The notes beneath the pieces are model-generated. The model was not told the origin of the DNA. It worked only from the letters and a program-made list of their open reading frames with translations, and made no database searches. Shown here piece by piece: positions 16,944 to 26,739 of a DNA stretch of 64,000 bases; the stretch's first letter is position 1, and every line of letters starts with the position of its first letter. The DNA comes from a phage. The position numbers were made by a program, and so were the translations under genes. The stretch is taken from sequence record PZ171032.1; one strand, written 5' to 3'.

Positions 16944-17276
16944 TCAGGCTCCCAGTGTGTTCTTTCCTTTATACAACCGTAAGGGTATAGTTTTTGTAAC
17001 AGTCCATCTCCCCAGCCCTTCCCAGTTCCAGTTGTAGGCATGGTACCCGGTTACGCATGCACTGCTGGAGTGATCATAGGCATAAGAGAACGCTATACGC
17101 ACCAAATGAAACCAGTCTTTCCACGGTTGTGGTCCGTAAGCTTTTCTCCAACACCGACACAAGCTAAATGTCTCAAGAATAGGCAGGATAACAAATCCAT
17201 ACACCGCCACCAGAATAGCCAACGCAATGATTGTCAGGAATACATACCCTGCAGTTGAAACGATGATCTCTGTCAT
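16944..17276 (-). CDS. hypothetical membrane protein
   Basis: two predicted TM helices (VFLTIIALAILVAVYGFVILPIL). Confidence 0.55.
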   Translation of the reverse strand: MTEIIVSTAGYVFLTIIALAILVAVYGFVILPILETFSLCRCWRKAYGPQPWKDWFHLVRIAFSYAYDHSSSACVTGYHAYNWNWEGLGRWTVTKTIPLRLYKGKNTLGA

Positions 17277-17476
17277 TTGTCGTCCCCTTTCTTATGGATA
17301 TAGATATGAGAGCCTGCCTGTATATAAATTTCTCGACCATCTTCTGCAAAGATATGAAATACACGATCACCTTCATACTCGATACGAGATATCTTCATAA
17401 TGGTCTTTCCACCTGGGATACGGATCTCGTCCCCCACAGCGATGTTCCATGCAGATTTAAGCTTAAACATCTGCAC
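17273..17476 (-). CDS. hypothetical protein
   Basis: stop/start overlap with neighbour. Confidence 0.5.
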   Translation of the reverse strand: MQMFKLKSAWNIAVGDEIRIPGGKTIMKISRIEYEGDRVFHIFAEDGREIYIQAGSHIYIHKKGDDK

Positions 17477-17708
17477 CCTCCTTTGGGAACTTGAACTCTG
17501 GCATAGCCATATACGCTACAACAGGGTTGTGATCAAAGTAGAACTGACCGTTAATTATCCCGGTTTTACTCACATAGTTACCAGATCCTGCAAGAGCAAC
17601 CTCGCAAGCTCCGAAATCTACATTGCCATCCTCATCAGCCATGGCTACGATATACTTTCCTAGAGGCATGTTTTTAACGCCGTCTACAAATGTCCACCCT
17701 TTGTTCAT
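17463..17708 (-). CDS. hypothetical protein
   Basis: ORF in packed array. Confidence 0.55.
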   Translation of the reverse strand: MNKGWTFVDGVKNMPLGKYIVAMADEDGNVDFGACEVALAGSGNYVSKTGIINGQFYFDHNPVVAYMAMPEFKFPKEGADV

Positions 17709-17728
17709 ACTTTATCTCCTGCACTTTC

Positions 17729-18061
17729 TTAAGGTAACCAGTAAACAATCTCGCCTTTCAGCTTCATGTCGTTTCCAACATAAATTTCCCAGCCATCCAT
17801 CTTAGCAACTGTAGGCCCAAAGTCATCCGCACCCCTTACCTCTTTCCAGGCTCCGTAGTCAGGTTGCCAGATATAGAATCCACCTTCTTTGTCCCATGCT
17901 CCGTACACTACGTTTAACAGGTTTCCCATTGCAACAATGGTGGGCCGTGGGAATAATACATCTACAGATGCGCCACAATTTCGGGTATCTTTTAAGTTGC
18001 AATCCCAAAAGATGTCTGCCAGTGTGGCGGCGATAGCTTTACGTCTTTCCAATGTTACCAT
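17729..18061 (-). CDS. hypothetical protein
   Basis: ORF in packed array. Confidence 0.55.
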   Translation of the reverse strand: MVTLERRKAIAATLADIFWDCNLKDTRNCGASVDVLFPRPTIVAMGNLLNVVYGAWDKEGGFYIWQPDYGAWKEVRGADDFGPTVAKMDGWEIYVGNDMKLKGEIVYWLP

Positions 18062-18071
18062 GGCACGATAC

Positions 18072-18263
18072 TCACTTGTTGTTAATAAGTTCTAAAACTT
18101 TCTGTCTTACTTTGTCAAGGTCTGTTGATTCAAAAACTGTGCGATATCCCCAACTTTGCCCATAGGAGTGACTGCAATCTCCGTAGCACCATTGCTCAAT
18201 TTGATAGTATTCAAGGAAGGGGTGCTGTCTAACTATGATGCCATCCCGGTTAAAAATTACCAT
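18072..18263 (-). CDS. hypothetical protein
   Basis: ORF in packed array. Confidence 0.5.
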   Translation of the reverse strand: MVIFNRDGIIVRQHPFLEYYQIEQWCYGDCSHSYGQSWGYRTVFESTDLDKVRQKVLELINNK

Positions 18264-18326
18264 AATACGTCGCTCTCTGTTAGTCTGTGCGTATATTATA
18301 CACTGTAGTTTTCAGATGTCAATCTT

Positions 18327-18521
18327 TTACAGGTTACTCCAGTATACTCGGCATTTACATTTCGGGCAATGAGGCTCTTTTATGTAATAACCATCAGTCT
18401 TTGGAACACTTTTTGGTGCAGTTTTAAGATTGTACCGAGTAAAACACCGGAAGCAGGTTACCTCTCCAACCTGTTGATCGTTTATCCACTCGCCAGAGTA
18501 AAGCTCTCTCTTGTTTCTCAT
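18327..18521 (-). CDS. hypothetical Cys-rich small protein (CxxC...CxxC)
   Basis: ATG at 18521 preceded by GGGAGAG RBS (track start 18578 is upstream GTG); paired CxxC motifs. Confidence 0.5.
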   Translation of the reverse strand: MRNKRELYSGEWINDQQVGEVTCFRCFTRYNLKTAPKSVPKTDGYYIKEPHCPKCKCRVYWSNL

Positions 18522-18547
18522 AATTCTCTCCCAAATCCTCTGCAATC

Positions 18548-18718
18548 TTATACCAAAATCTCCAGCCAGAAAGCACACGGGAACACTTTGATGATTGAAT
18601 CTTTACCTGGTTCAGCAGTTCTTTTTCCGTAGGGTAGGTAGAAATACCCTCCTGCAGATTCGAACACAGCCCCTTCGGTTGTATCTATCACAGCCAGAAT
18701 TAAGATTTTAGTCTCCAT
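18548..18718 (-). CDS. hypothetical small protein (56 aa)
   Basis: ATG with GAGGGAG RBS in an otherwise unexplained 190-bp gap; below track size cutoff. Confidence 0.4.
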   Translation of the reverse strand: METKILILAVIDTTEGAVFESAGGYFYLPYGKRTAEPGKDSIIKVFPCAFWLEILV

Positions 18719-18771
18719 AGTGCTCCCTCTCTCAATCGTTGTGGTGACTATACCATCTCAAAAACCCGCTG

Positions 18772-19230
18772 TCAACACTTTTTGTACTCCACCACGATAA
18801 TATTCATATCAAAAGTGGCAAGGTTAATAACGTCCTCTACGTGCTCCCACTTCAAACCGCCTATGCCGCACCCGATCTTAGGGATGTAGAATGGTAAAGT
18901 CGATCCACTGAATACCTCATTGACTAGCTCAAAGCCTTTCAGGATTGAGAAATATTCAGCATTAGGTCCTGGGTAGAACTGAGTATACAGATTGATTCCG
19001 TAGACAATACCTCTCGGAGATAAGTGCTCCCATCGGGAGAACGCACCCAGTTTACTTAGGCAACCGTGTCTGGTCTCTTTGTCAGCTGCCAATGCTTGAG
19101 GGAACTCACGGGCAATCTGTTTTGCTATCCCCTTGCCCATTGTGTGGAAGCAGTTACAACCGTGGATCAGGTGACCAGCACCGCTCTTAAAAAGGGAGAT
19201 TAAATCTCCCTCTACAGTATCAATAATCAC
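18772..19230 (-). CDS. macro-domain (ADP-ribose binding / processing) protein
   Basis: HLIHGCNCFHTMGKGIAKQI and IPKIGCGIGGL resemble the macro-domain N-terminal (NAAN...GGGV) and C-terminal (G-x-G-x-x-G) signatures; start moved to GTG at 19230. Confidence 0.5.
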   Translation of the reverse strand: MIIDTVEGDLISLFKSGAGHLIHGCNCFHTMGKGIAKQIAREFPQALAADKETRHGCLSKLGAFSRWEHLSPRGIVYGINLYTQFYPGPNAEYFSILKGFELVNEVFSGSTLPFYIPKIGCGIGGLKWEHVEDVINLATFDMNIIVVEYKKC

Positions 19231-19645
19231 GGTATGCCAGCTCCTCTTCCGCAATTTCAAAAAACTCAGTCCAGCACTGTGGCATATTGGAGTTACCGAA
19301 GTGGCTTTCATAGTAAAGGTTCTCACCACTTGGAAGATAGAAATCTGTTACCTCATAGAATCCACAATCGTCGCACTCGCCTTCTTCAAACTTAGCCTCA
19401 ACCTTAATACCGAGGAAGGTGAAAAGTTTATGGATATCTTCAGTTTCGAACTCCCAGTGAATGTTGTTTTCCGCATCGGTGTAGAACTGGATCAGCAGAC
19501 CATTGTCCAGTTTACCAAAATACTCTGTGAAGTAACTTCCTTCCCAGAAATCTTTATGACAAATAATATCCATGCGTTTGCCCATAATAATGGTGTGAGC
19601 GTTTTGGGCATCGTCACGAATCAGTTTTGGCATTTCATAGATCAT
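19220..19645 (-). CDS. hypothetical protein
   Basis: ORF; no motif. Confidence 0.6.
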   Translation of the reverse strand: MIYEMPKLIRDDAQNAHTIIMGKRMDIICHKDFWEGSYFTEYFGKLDNGLLIQFYTDAENNIHWEFETEDIHKLFTFLGIKVEAKFEEGECDDCGFYEVTDFYLPSGENLYYESHFGNSNMPQCWTEFFEIAEEELAYRDY

Positions 19646-19713
19646 CTTAGTTCTCCGGGTTCAACAGGTGGTGGTGCTACAGGAAGATCATAAAACATGG
19701 CTATCACAGTCTC

Positions 19714-19911
19714 TTACACAGGAATTGCTTCAAACAGGCCGTTATCTATACCATCCTTCAGATAAAGATTATACTCTATGTCGGTATCTGTATAAAGGGC
19801 AGCATCCAGCATTCTATCTGTGAGTCCATCCATTGGGTGGAGAAACCACCACCCACGCCAGTCAAAGTAACAACCTGGTGCATCTTCTCTTACACGGATT
19901 CGATAAATCAT
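19714..19911 (-). CDS. hypothetical protein
   Basis: ORF; no motif. Confidence 0.5.
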   Translation of the reverse strand: MIYRIRVREDAPGCYFDWRGWWFLHPMDGLTDRMLDAALYTDTDIEYNLYLKDGIDNGLFEAIPV

Positions 19912-20007
19912 GGGCAGTGGCCTCCTGTTAGTTATACATCCCAGTTTTCTTCGTTCATCACGTCCTCCCGTTTTATGAAGTTATAATTGCACACCTTTCA
20001 ACCTGTG

Positions 20008-20424
20008 TCAACAGAAAACTTCAACAAATTCTTCCACAGTTTTAATGTCGTGGGAAAAAGGTTTACGGCTATAACGGGCAATAGCACTATCAACCACCGC
20101 CCGGTACTCAAGATCTTCAGAGTATTTCATGAAGCATTGCAGTGTTTCTGGACAGATAGCCAGATAGCTCCACCACCCTTCATCAGATTGATAGTCAAAG
20201 CCCATGCTCTCCAACCATGAAGCATATACTCCAGCACCCTCAAGCCAGTGAGTATTTTCATCCAGAAACTTGTTAACAGACATGTGAGCTTCTAAGCACT
20301 TGTCCAGCTCTTTTCCGTTAACCAGCCACGCACTGACCGTGGCGCATCCAAGGTCTACAGATTGAGTTGACAGGTTGTATTGGTCATAGTTCTCAGGTTT
20401 AACAATGATATCTTCTAATGTCAT
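20008..20424 (-). CDS. hypothetical protein
   Basis: AAGGAG RBS immediately after terminator; no motif. Confidence 0.6.
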   Translation of the reverse strand: MTLEDIIVKPENYDQYNLSTQSVDLGCATVSAWLVNGKELDKCLEAHMSVNKFLDENTHWLEGAGVYASWLESMGFDYQSDEGWWSYLAICPETLQCFMKYSEDLEYRAVVDSAIARYSRKPFSHDIKTVEEFVEVFC

Positions 20425-20443
20425 TTTTCAGATCTCCTTATAC

Positions 20444-20471
20444 AAAAATGCCCCACCCTTTCGGGCAGGGC
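20444..20471 (-). terminator. rho-independent terminator (GNRA-looped hairpin plus U-run), minus strand
   Basis: minus strand GCCCTGCCC-GAAA-GGGTGGGGC followed by ATTTTT; same element recurs at 32073-32100. Confidence 0.6.
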
Positions 20472-20486
20472 TATGTCAGTTAGGTG

Positions 20487-21110
20487 CTAAAAGTATTCAT
20501 AGAGGTATCCATCGGGAGCTGGAATTTTTTCATGAATGTAGTAATCAACACATATTCCGGTTTCTCTTCTACAAGAGTTGTGGGATACCCATTCTTTAAG
20601 AATGTTGCCATTCATGTCCAGCCTCCTTACATTTTTACACCGTCTACCGCTGGTGCTTCTATGCAACAGAATATCCTCCGTCTGCTTGTCTTTATTTTCT
20701 CCCCAGGTCGTTAAACGGATATTATCAAAAGAGTACCCTTTGAAATCATCTATCCTGTCACAAGAAGGCTTTTTCCTTTTGTCGTATCCGCTGGCTACCC
20801 ACTGATCATACAACTCTTTGTAACCGTTTAGGTATAGCCACTCCTTAAACTCTTTTTTGGTGTAAGTCGGAGGAGGGTGACCTCTTTGCTTGCTGTTGCA
20901 CTTTTGAGACTTGTACAGCACGCGTATTACACCTTTTTCTGAAGAGTCGTGGGAAAACTGGTCAGCCTCTCTGCTGGCCTTCTTACAGCACTCTTTGCAC
21001 TTATTAAGATGACCGTCAGCCATCTTTGGATGTTTGTAAAACTCGGAGAGGTTTTTCACCTCTCCGCACTTGATGCACCTCTTACAATGCGTAGATTCTA
21101 CTTTTACCAT
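20487..21110 (-). CDS. Cys-rich zinc-finger protein (CxxC...H...CxxC; possible HNH-like nuclease or DNA-binding regulator)
   Basis: [36 protein letters not shown] treble-clef-like motif at N-terminus. Confidence 0.55.
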   Translation of the reverse strand: MVKVESTHCKRCIKCGEVKNLSEFYKHPKMADGHLNKCKECCKKASREADQFSHDSSEKGVIRVLYKSQKCNSKQRGHPPPTYTKKEFKEWLYLNGYKELYDQWVASGYDKRKKPSCDRIDDFKGYSFDNIRLTTWGENKDKQTEDILLHRSTSGRRCKNVRRLDMNGNILKEWVSHNSCRRETGICVDYYIHEKIPAPDGYLYEYF

Positions 21111-22353
21111 ATTGCAGACCTACCGGAGCGAAAGGTATGTCATCACAGAAGTCATACTGCGCCGGATTCTGACCCATCGGGTCATCTTCCGCATCATTTA
21201 CAGGAGGAGCGTCTACAGTGTTTTGCTGTGGAGCTGCTTCCTGTTTGGCAGCCTGAGGTTCTTGATGGTCGGTTGACCCAGCACCGTTCTTGATCCAATC
21301 GTACAACGGTTCAGCCAGATTAGTCAAGACATCTTTTGCTTCTGCAGTAATTGCCGCTGCAAAATCATCAACTTTCGTTTTCTTGTCAATACGGCGACAA
21401 GCGTTCAACACCGCATTACCGACACTGGCACCTACTTCATCTTCAGTTCGGTTGGTGGCTTGAGCATACTCTTTCTTAAGCTCAATAGTGACTACGTGTA
21501 GTGTTTTAGCCACTCCTAGTGGGTCGTCTACCTTAAACCCGCGATCCAGGATGATTTGCAACGCATTGATGCTATGCCCCGTTTCCACACCGATAGGGTC
21601 GTAAGAGGATTTACGCTTGCCACCAGAGCCTTGAGTACCGTTCTCTGCCTTAGGAGGATAGGCCTTGAAACCACTGATAATGTTTCCGGTGTCTTTGTCA
21701 ACAATGGCTGCAACACGACCACCTACCACCAGGTCTTTAAGCTGCTCATCAGTTACAACCATAGCACCTTCGCCAATCTTGTGGTCATTAACAGTAACCA
21801 CGTTGCCAACAATCTGAGTCACATCACCATAGATGCGTAAAACGTCCTGATTGGCATTCTGCTGAGGTTTCTGCTTCTGGCCTTGTGATTGTGCACCTTG
21901 TTGCTGTTTTTGCTGCTGAGTCGCTGCTGGAGCCTCTCCTGCACCCAGCTTAACCATCTTAGCCAGTGAGCCTTTGTAGTAGGTCTTACCGTTATGCTCG
22001 TTTGCCTTCAAAGGGATATTTACGATCCATCCTGGCGTTACGGTTTCCCACTTGTCATCAATTTTAACAGAGACAGAGTCTTGATGACCCGGTTTAAGCA
22101 GCTTATCGCCCATACTGATCCAAACTTCTTCACCACCTTGAAGTAGGTTATCAGAGGAATCCAGTTCAGAAATCAGTAAAGAGATGGTGTGGCTGGATTC
22201 AATTTTCTTACCTTGCCACACAGTGGTTTTAATACCTGTTGTAGGATCAGCACCTTTGATAGGCTTGATGCTGACACGTTTAATCATGCCGTGAGCTAGT
22301 AAAACAGTTTCACGCGGATTCATCGGGTTAGCGAATTGTTGAATAACGCTCAT
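21082..22353 (-). CDS. single-stranded DNA-binding protein-like (acidic C-terminal tail DDIPF)
   Basis: C-terminus ...YDFCDDIPF matches the conserved SSB acidic tail; Gln/Lys-rich flexible linker; position in replication module. Confidence 0.6.
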   Translation of the reverse strand: MSVIQQFANPMNPRETVLLAHGMIKRVSIKPIKGADPTTGIKTTVWQGKKIESSHTISLLISELDSSDNLLQGGEEVWISMGDKLLKPGHQDSVSVKIDDKWETVTPGWIVNIPLKANEHNGKTYYKGSLAKMVKLGAGEAPAATQQQKQQQGAQSQGQKQKPQQNANQDVLRIYGDVTQIVGNVVTVNDHKIGEGAMVVTDEQLKDLVVGGRVAAIVDKDTGNIISGFKAYPPKAENGTQGSGGKRKSSYDPIGVETGHSINALQIILDRGFKVDDPLGVAKTLHVVTIELKKEYAQATNRTEDEVGASVGNAVLNACRRIDKKTKVDDFAAAITAEAKDVLTNLAEPLYDWIKNGAGSTDHQEPQAAKQEAAPQQNTVDAPPVNDAEDDPMGQNPAQYDFCDDIPFAPVGLQYGKSRIYAL

Positions 22354-22718
22354 TATTTGTCTCCTTGTTCTTCGTTAGTGTTTGCCGTGTGTGCAAACCC
22401 TGCTTGAATTAATTTGTCCTGAACTTGAGCCAACAGGCCCATTGCAAAACTTGTGGTCCCAGAGAGGGCCATCAACATATCTCGTTGTTGAGCTACCCAA
22501 CCTAAGGCATAGTCCAAACGACGATATTTTTCTTCTTCACGCAGAGCCTGAAATAATTGTTCAGCCTCCGGTTGTTGTGTGAGCTCCTGAAGTCTTCCCA
22601 TGAAAGAAGAAAGCACTAGCAAAAGAGACACTTGATCTTTACTTAACCCTAAGAAAAATTCTTGAGGTTGTTCTTGCTCGTTCATCGCAACCGACTCTTG
22701 ATCGTTCATTTGTTCCAT
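22353..22718 (-). CDS. hypothetical protein
   Basis: stop/start overlap with SSB-like gene. Confidence 0.55.
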   Translation of the reverse strand: MEQMNDQESVAMNEQEQPQEFFLGLSKDQVSLLLVLSSFMGRLQELTQQPEAEQLFQALREEEKYRRLDYALGWVAQQRDMLMALSGTTSFAMGLLAQVQDKLIQAGFAHTANTNEEQGDK

Positions 22719-22801
22719 TATGGAATCTCCGATTTTATTTGAACAACATAGAAGGAGACACTATTTTAGCATCCCCTTCTGTAAATTACAATAGGTATTT
22801 G

Positions 22802-23047
22802 TTAGCCAATCACTTCGAAAGTTCCCCAATTCCCGTCCAGCAGGCAGGTGATCGGATCCCCATCGTCGTCAAAGATTTCAAAGTTTTCAGCATCCAGGAT
22901 GTGGCCCTCAAACACAATACTTTCGTCGCCACCACCAGAGATAACAGCGTATTCCTTACCTTGAGTCAAGTTTTGACACCCTTTGCCACCAAAACCTACT
23001 TCAACACAACGTACTTTCTGTCCTGCGCGAGCAACTACTCCAGTCAT
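22802..23047 (-). CDS. hypothetical protein
   Basis: ORF; Gly-rich. Confidence 0.5.
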   Translation of the reverse strand: MTGVVARAGQKVRCVEVGFGGKGCQNLTQGKEYAVISGGGDESIVFEGHILDAENFEIFDDDGDPITCLLDGNWGTFEVIG

Positions 23048-23064
23048 CTTAAGGTCTCCTGATA

Positions 23065-23385
23065 TTAATCGTCAAGTTCAAAATAGATTTTAACAGCTTC
23101 ATCGAAGATTGGAATCCCGATGTTGTTGATAAGCTGCCAAACTACCATATCTTTACCTGGATCTGGGAGAATGTCAACCTTTCTCCATGCGCTGTATACC
23201 CAGTTCGGACCGCCTTCTGCACTAACTGGCAGATTTTCACCAGCCTCCTGTAGATACTTATACAGCAAAAGATATTCTGGATACTCCAGAACACTGTCCT
23301 CTGTAGTATATAGCAGTTCACGGTATACTTTTAAGAACCCTGCTGGGGTGATGTTTTCAGTCTTCATTTGCTGCTTCTCCTGCAT
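23065..23385 (-). CDS. hypothetical protein
   Basis: ORF. Confidence 0.55.
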   Translation of the reverse strand: MQEKQQMKTENITPAGFLKVYRELLYTTEDSVLEYPEYLLLYKYLQEAGENLPVSAEGGPNWVYSAWRKVDILPDPGKDMVVWQLINNIGIPIFDEAVKIYFELDD

Positions 23386-23746
23386 TCATCAGATCTGCCA
23401 TAGCGTCACCCACGAAGAGAACAACCACATCGTTTACCGCGTCAGCATCATCTTTGTTGACGTTGCTGAATTTAGGACACACAGCAATAATCATATAGAC
23501 ACCGTTACCCACCTGAACTGTCCGTGTGGTGCACATCATGGCGGTATTTGTGCCTTCTTTGAAGGCGAAGCCTTGAAGACGCTCCTCTAGAGTGTTACCG
23601 GTAGACTTCAGAAGCGCCAGCTCGTCCAAGGCATAGATGATATCTCCGGAAGTTAGTGTTGCCTTGCCATCAGACACCATAATCACTCCATCAGCACCGT
23701 CAAGCTTAGAGGCTTCAAAGATATCAATATCCCAAATATTTTTCAT
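23357..23746 (-). CDS. hypothetical protein
   Basis: ORF. Confidence 0.55.
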   Translation of the reverse strand: MKNIWDIDIFEASKLDGADGVIMVSDGKATLTSGDIIYALDELALLKSTGNTLEERLQGFAFKEGTNTAMMCTTRTVQVGNGVYMIIAVCPKFSNVNKDDADAVNDVVVLFVGDAMADLMNAGEAANED

Positions 23747-24018
23747 TACGCTTCCTCGTCGTCTAAGTAATCATCAAGAGAGGTGAAGATTTCACCGAAG
23801 TATTCTAAGATTTCTAGCTCACGTGTGGTGCAGCAAACATAATCGCCCTGGTCGTCCTTAATAGTGGCCTCTTTACCCAGAATATCTACTTCAAGTTCAT
23901 CGTTCAACAGGACTGTCCCTGTGTAAACTTTGTCAGCTGTGCAGTCCCGAAAAGCAGAGTCCTTCTCCAGATAGTCTGGCTTAACCTTGGCTTTAATTCG
24001 TTGGTATTGTTTGGTCAT
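23746..24018 (-). CDS. hypothetical protein, paralogue pair C
   Basis: start moved to ATG with AAAGGGGA RBS; shares AF(R/K)DCT motif and length with 24082-24336. Confidence 0.55.
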   Translation of the reverse strand: MTKQYQRIKAKVKPDYLEKDSAFRDCTADKVYTGTVLLNDELEVDILGKEATIKDDQGDYVCCTTRELEILEYFGEIFTSLDDYLDDEEA

Positions 24019-24081
24019 TGTTGTGGTCCCCTTTCGTTTTGATAGGACCATTGTATTAGGTCCTATCGCTGTTGTCAAGTA

Positions 24082-24336
24082 TTAATGTTCAGGTTTTACA
24101 AAAACGACTTCATTAACAGTGCACCAGACAGAGTCTCCTTCATCATCTTTAAAGGTAAGGCACTGTGCTGAGTTTTCCAGCTCATCGATCTCTTCTTGTG
24201 ATAAAGGGGCCCCTTCTTCCAGAAGGGCTTTTACCAGAGGGTTCTCACAAAACTCTGCTTCATAAATTGCACCGACTGTGCAATCTTTAAAAGCTCGGTC
24301 ATTTGCAACGCATTCTGGCTTCAAAGTAATTTTCAT
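24082..24336 (-). CDS. hypothetical protein, paralogue pair C
   Basis: paralogue of 23746-24018 (ERAFKDCTVGAIYEAEF vs DSAFRDCTADKVYTGTV). Confidence 0.55.
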   Translation of the reverse strand: MKITLKPECVANDRAFKDCTVGAIYEAEFCENPLVKALLEEGAPLSQEEIDELENSAQCLTFKDDEGDSVWCTVNEVVFVKPEH

Positions 24337-24412
24337 CTTGGCAGTCTCCTTAGTTATTTAAAAATCACCGATCTGTTTGTGTGAAGCATCTTATATCTAA
24401 TCTTACTTCTTG

Positions 24413-24784
24413 TCAATGGCTATTTTCAATCAGCCACACAGGGTCGAGGTAAATTTGTTGGCGTGTTGCCCAATGACAAACTTCATTGTACATCTGAATC
24501 TCTTTGTCCGTCAGTTCACGAATAGGCTCATCTATACCCTCATTTTTGTGGTAATCCCAGTCGGCATCGATTTCCCACAGCCATGACTTGTTGTCACCAC
24601 GCTTACGCACACAGAAGTCACCGGGACGGCCTGCCAATGCATTTAAGAACTCGTTCTCCGCTCGCTCTTGGAGAATACTAAGGAGCAAAACGTTAGAACA
24701 TGACCGTAGAATATGCTTCAGCTCACAATCATCAATCTCAACTTCAATACGTTGTTTGACTGTGTGGGTACCTTTTACTAACAT
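24413..24784 (-). CDS. hypothetical protein
   Basis: ATG at 24784 with AGAGGAGG RBS (track start 24811 overlaps upstream gene). Confidence 0.55.
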   Translation of the reverse strand: MLVKGTHTVKQRIEVEIDDCELKHILRSCSNVLLLSILQERAENEFLNALAGRPGDFCVRKRGDNKSWLWEIDADWDYHKNEGIDEPIRELTDKEIQMYNEVCHWATRQQIYLDPVWLIENSH

Positions 24785-24794
24785 CCTACCTCCT

Positions 24795-24989
24795 CTAAAC
24801 GAACTCTGCAAGGGTTGTGTTGTTCACTGCACCGCAGTAAATGGAGTATCCCAGCCCATTAGAGTGCAGAAACCACGGCGTGCCGAAATTATCTTTCACG
24901 TAGACATCGCCGTTGCTTGTAAAGGGCCAATATTCTTCACCAAGGGTGAAATACCTACTCATACCCTCAGCCAGATACTTTACTTTCAT
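24795..24989 (-). CDS. hypothetical protein
   Basis: ORF. Confidence 0.5.
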   Translation of the reverse strand: MKVKYLAEGMSRYFTLGEEYWPFTSNGDVYVKDNFGTPWFLHSNGLGYSIYCGAVNNTTLAEFV

Positions 24990-25213
24990 AGGCCCTCTTC
25001 AACAGCTACAAACTTGGCAAGCAGGGTGGTTCCGTAGATATGATACTCACCGTTTGCCAGATGGGAGATAAACCAGGCAATCCCTTCCTCGTCTTTAATC
25101 ATCTTGTTTGCACGATTTTTATCGTAATAAACCTCGTAGGTCTTTCCTTCTTTAAAGAATGACAGGTCTGTCATCTTTTCTTCTACAAAAGTAGCTTTAA
25201 CCAAAGTTGTCAT
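24986..25213 (-). CDS. hypothetical protein
   Basis: stop/start overlap. Confidence 0.5.
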   Translation of the reverse strand: MTTLVKATFVEEKMTDLSFFKEGKTYEVYYDKNRANKMIKDEEGIAWFISHLANGEYHIYGTTLLAKFVAVEEGL

Positions 25214-25494
25214 TGATCGGTCTCCTTCTTGTTAAGTCTGAATACTGCAATAATAGCATTCCCAAGGTGCAGTGTCAAATCATTTCCAAGATACCACAGC
25301 ATTCCACGGTCATCTTTGATGAAAGGGTGACAATCTGGTGCCTTCCAGACATTGTACACTTTCCCAACCTGAAAGAAATCAGGCCCTGTTGGGATTTTAG
25401 TGCCTGGCCACACTTGAGATACCTGAACACACTCCACCTGCATAATAACAGGGATAGTCATGGATGTAAATGTTTTTGTTGGTTCTACTACCAT
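25210..25494 (-). CDS. hypothetical protein
   Basis: ATG at 25494 preceded by AGAGGAGA RBS located just after the polymerase stop (track start 25584 is GTG inside polymerase exon 2). Confidence 0.5.
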   Translation of the reverse strand: MVVEPTKTFTSMTIPVIMQVECVQVSQVWPGTKIPTGPDFFQVGKVYNVWKAPDCHPFIKDDRGMLWYLGNDLTLHLGNAIIAVFRLNKKETDQ

Positions 25495-25543
25495 AAAAGT
25501 CTCCTCTTTGCTCAACAACACTTCCATGTGTTGATAGTTTACA

Positions 25544-25897
25544 TTAGTGACAATCACCCCAATTACGACCACACAGGTATTCACCTGTGATCTGGAACGG
25601 GACGCCCATCATTTTAGAAGCTTGCCAGAAGCAATGCACCACCATTTCACCCACAGGGCTCCAGATAAGTTCAAGCTTTCCGTCATCGTTCAGGATAGGA
25701 TCGTACACCGTGTTTCCGTCTCTGTCAACCACTTCGTTTCCGTCCTCATCCTTGCGTGCCTTTTTGTACTTATGACCGTCGAACACATGAAGTTTGGCCT
25801 CCTGCTCTGCCTTAAATGCTTCCAGTTCTTCAATTGTGTCGAAGGTGTACACAGTCTTATACTTCGGTGTGTCAGGCACTTGAAGTTGGTACTCATC
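25544..25897 (-). CDS. family A DNA polymerase, C-terminal exon (exon 2)
   Basis: reading frame opens with DEYQLQV, supplying the DE of motif C (HDE), and ends ...GRNWGDCH like T7 gp5 (...GPNWAICH) and Klenow (...GENWDQAH); no ATG of its own. Confidence 0.65.
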   Translation of the reverse strand, partial: DEYQLQVPDTPKYKTVYTFDTIEELEAFKAEQEAKLHVFDGHKYKKARKDEDGNEVVDRDGNTVYDPILNDDGKLELIWSPVGEMVVHCFWQASKMMGVPFQITGEYLCGRNWGDCH

Positions 25898-26739
25898 CAA
25901 TAGTTCAGGTAGGTCGTTAAGCTACCCCGCACCATTACGTGCACAGCCATACAGTTTCCTGTATGGATCGGACTATCTCACTACCTTGTTACCAAGGCAC
26001 CTCCCATTTCGACCGCACTTGCTGGCCTACTCTACTCGCTTCTTCGCACCAATTTATGTTGGCGCTATGCTTTCGATAGTCTCTGAACGTTACTACCAGG
26101 TGTAGTTTTTAGAGATATGTTTCCACTGTCTTCTTTGCTTTATGGCTCTGACCGTCTCATAAGGATACCCAAGATCCCTAATCTCGCATTGTCGTAAACC
26201 ACTTTGTAACAGTTCGCAAATCTCCGTTACCTCATCCTCGGTCAGTACAGCGTTGGCATTATACTCACCGACTGGCCTTACTCTGAGGTCATTATCATAA
26301 GCGTGTTTGATATTTCCACCAGGGGTGGTCCATTCAAGGTTCCAGTATGCATTGTTGTATTTGTTTCCGTCCTTATGGTTCACCCATGTGAGCCTTTCAG
26401 GATCAGGGTTTGATACAAAGCATTCAGCAACCAAGTGGTGGACACCTTTTGTGCACTGCTTCCCCTCGATGAACATGGTTACGCAAAGGTAACCTCGACC
26501 ATTATCAAAACAGAACATTGTTGTATGATCACGTTTCGATAAAGGTATTGTTCCATCATCAAACACGGTATATCCGTGATAATCAACTGATCTAGCCATT
26601 TTAACTACACCCCTTTAGTCTTCGCTGCGGATTAGCATATTGAGCTTTTACCATGTTTAGGTGTAAAAGTCAACTTAGCCTTCCCGTCAATTAAAGAGGT
26701 TTTCGACGTGCATCACTGCACGAAGCCACAATGTTATTT
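25898..26739 (-). mobile_element. putative group I intron (842 nt) carrying an HNH homing endonuclease ORF, inserted in motif C of the DNA polymerase gene
   Basis: exon 1 ends CAU (U at -1), intron ends with G, joining restores Y-Y-H-D-E; GNRA-capped hairpin CCATACAG-GAAA-CTGTATGG at about 25947-25966; HNH ORF in separate frame. Confidence 0.6.
26093..26599 (-). CDS. HNH homing endonuclease
   Basis: HHLVAECFVSNPDPERLTWVNHKDGNKYNNAYWNLEW matches the phage HNH_3-type motif (H-x-V-x-E ... VNH-x-DGNK-x-NN ... NLEW). Confidence 0.8.
   Translation of the reverse strand: MARSVDYHGYTVFDDGTIPLSKRDHTTMFCFDNGRGYLCVTMFIEGKQCTKGVHHLVAECFVSNPDPERLTWVNHKDGNKYNNAYWNLEWTTPGGNIKHAYDNDLRVRPVGEYNANAVLTEDEVTEICELLQSGLRQCEIRDLGYPYETVRAIKQRRQWKHISKNYTW

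Noticed and set aside
25903-26092. Structured-looking non-coding stretch read in isolation as a possible rRNA fragment or separate ncRNA
   Set aside because: Better explained as the 3' core of the putative group I intron in the polymerase gene (includes the GNRA-capped hairpin).
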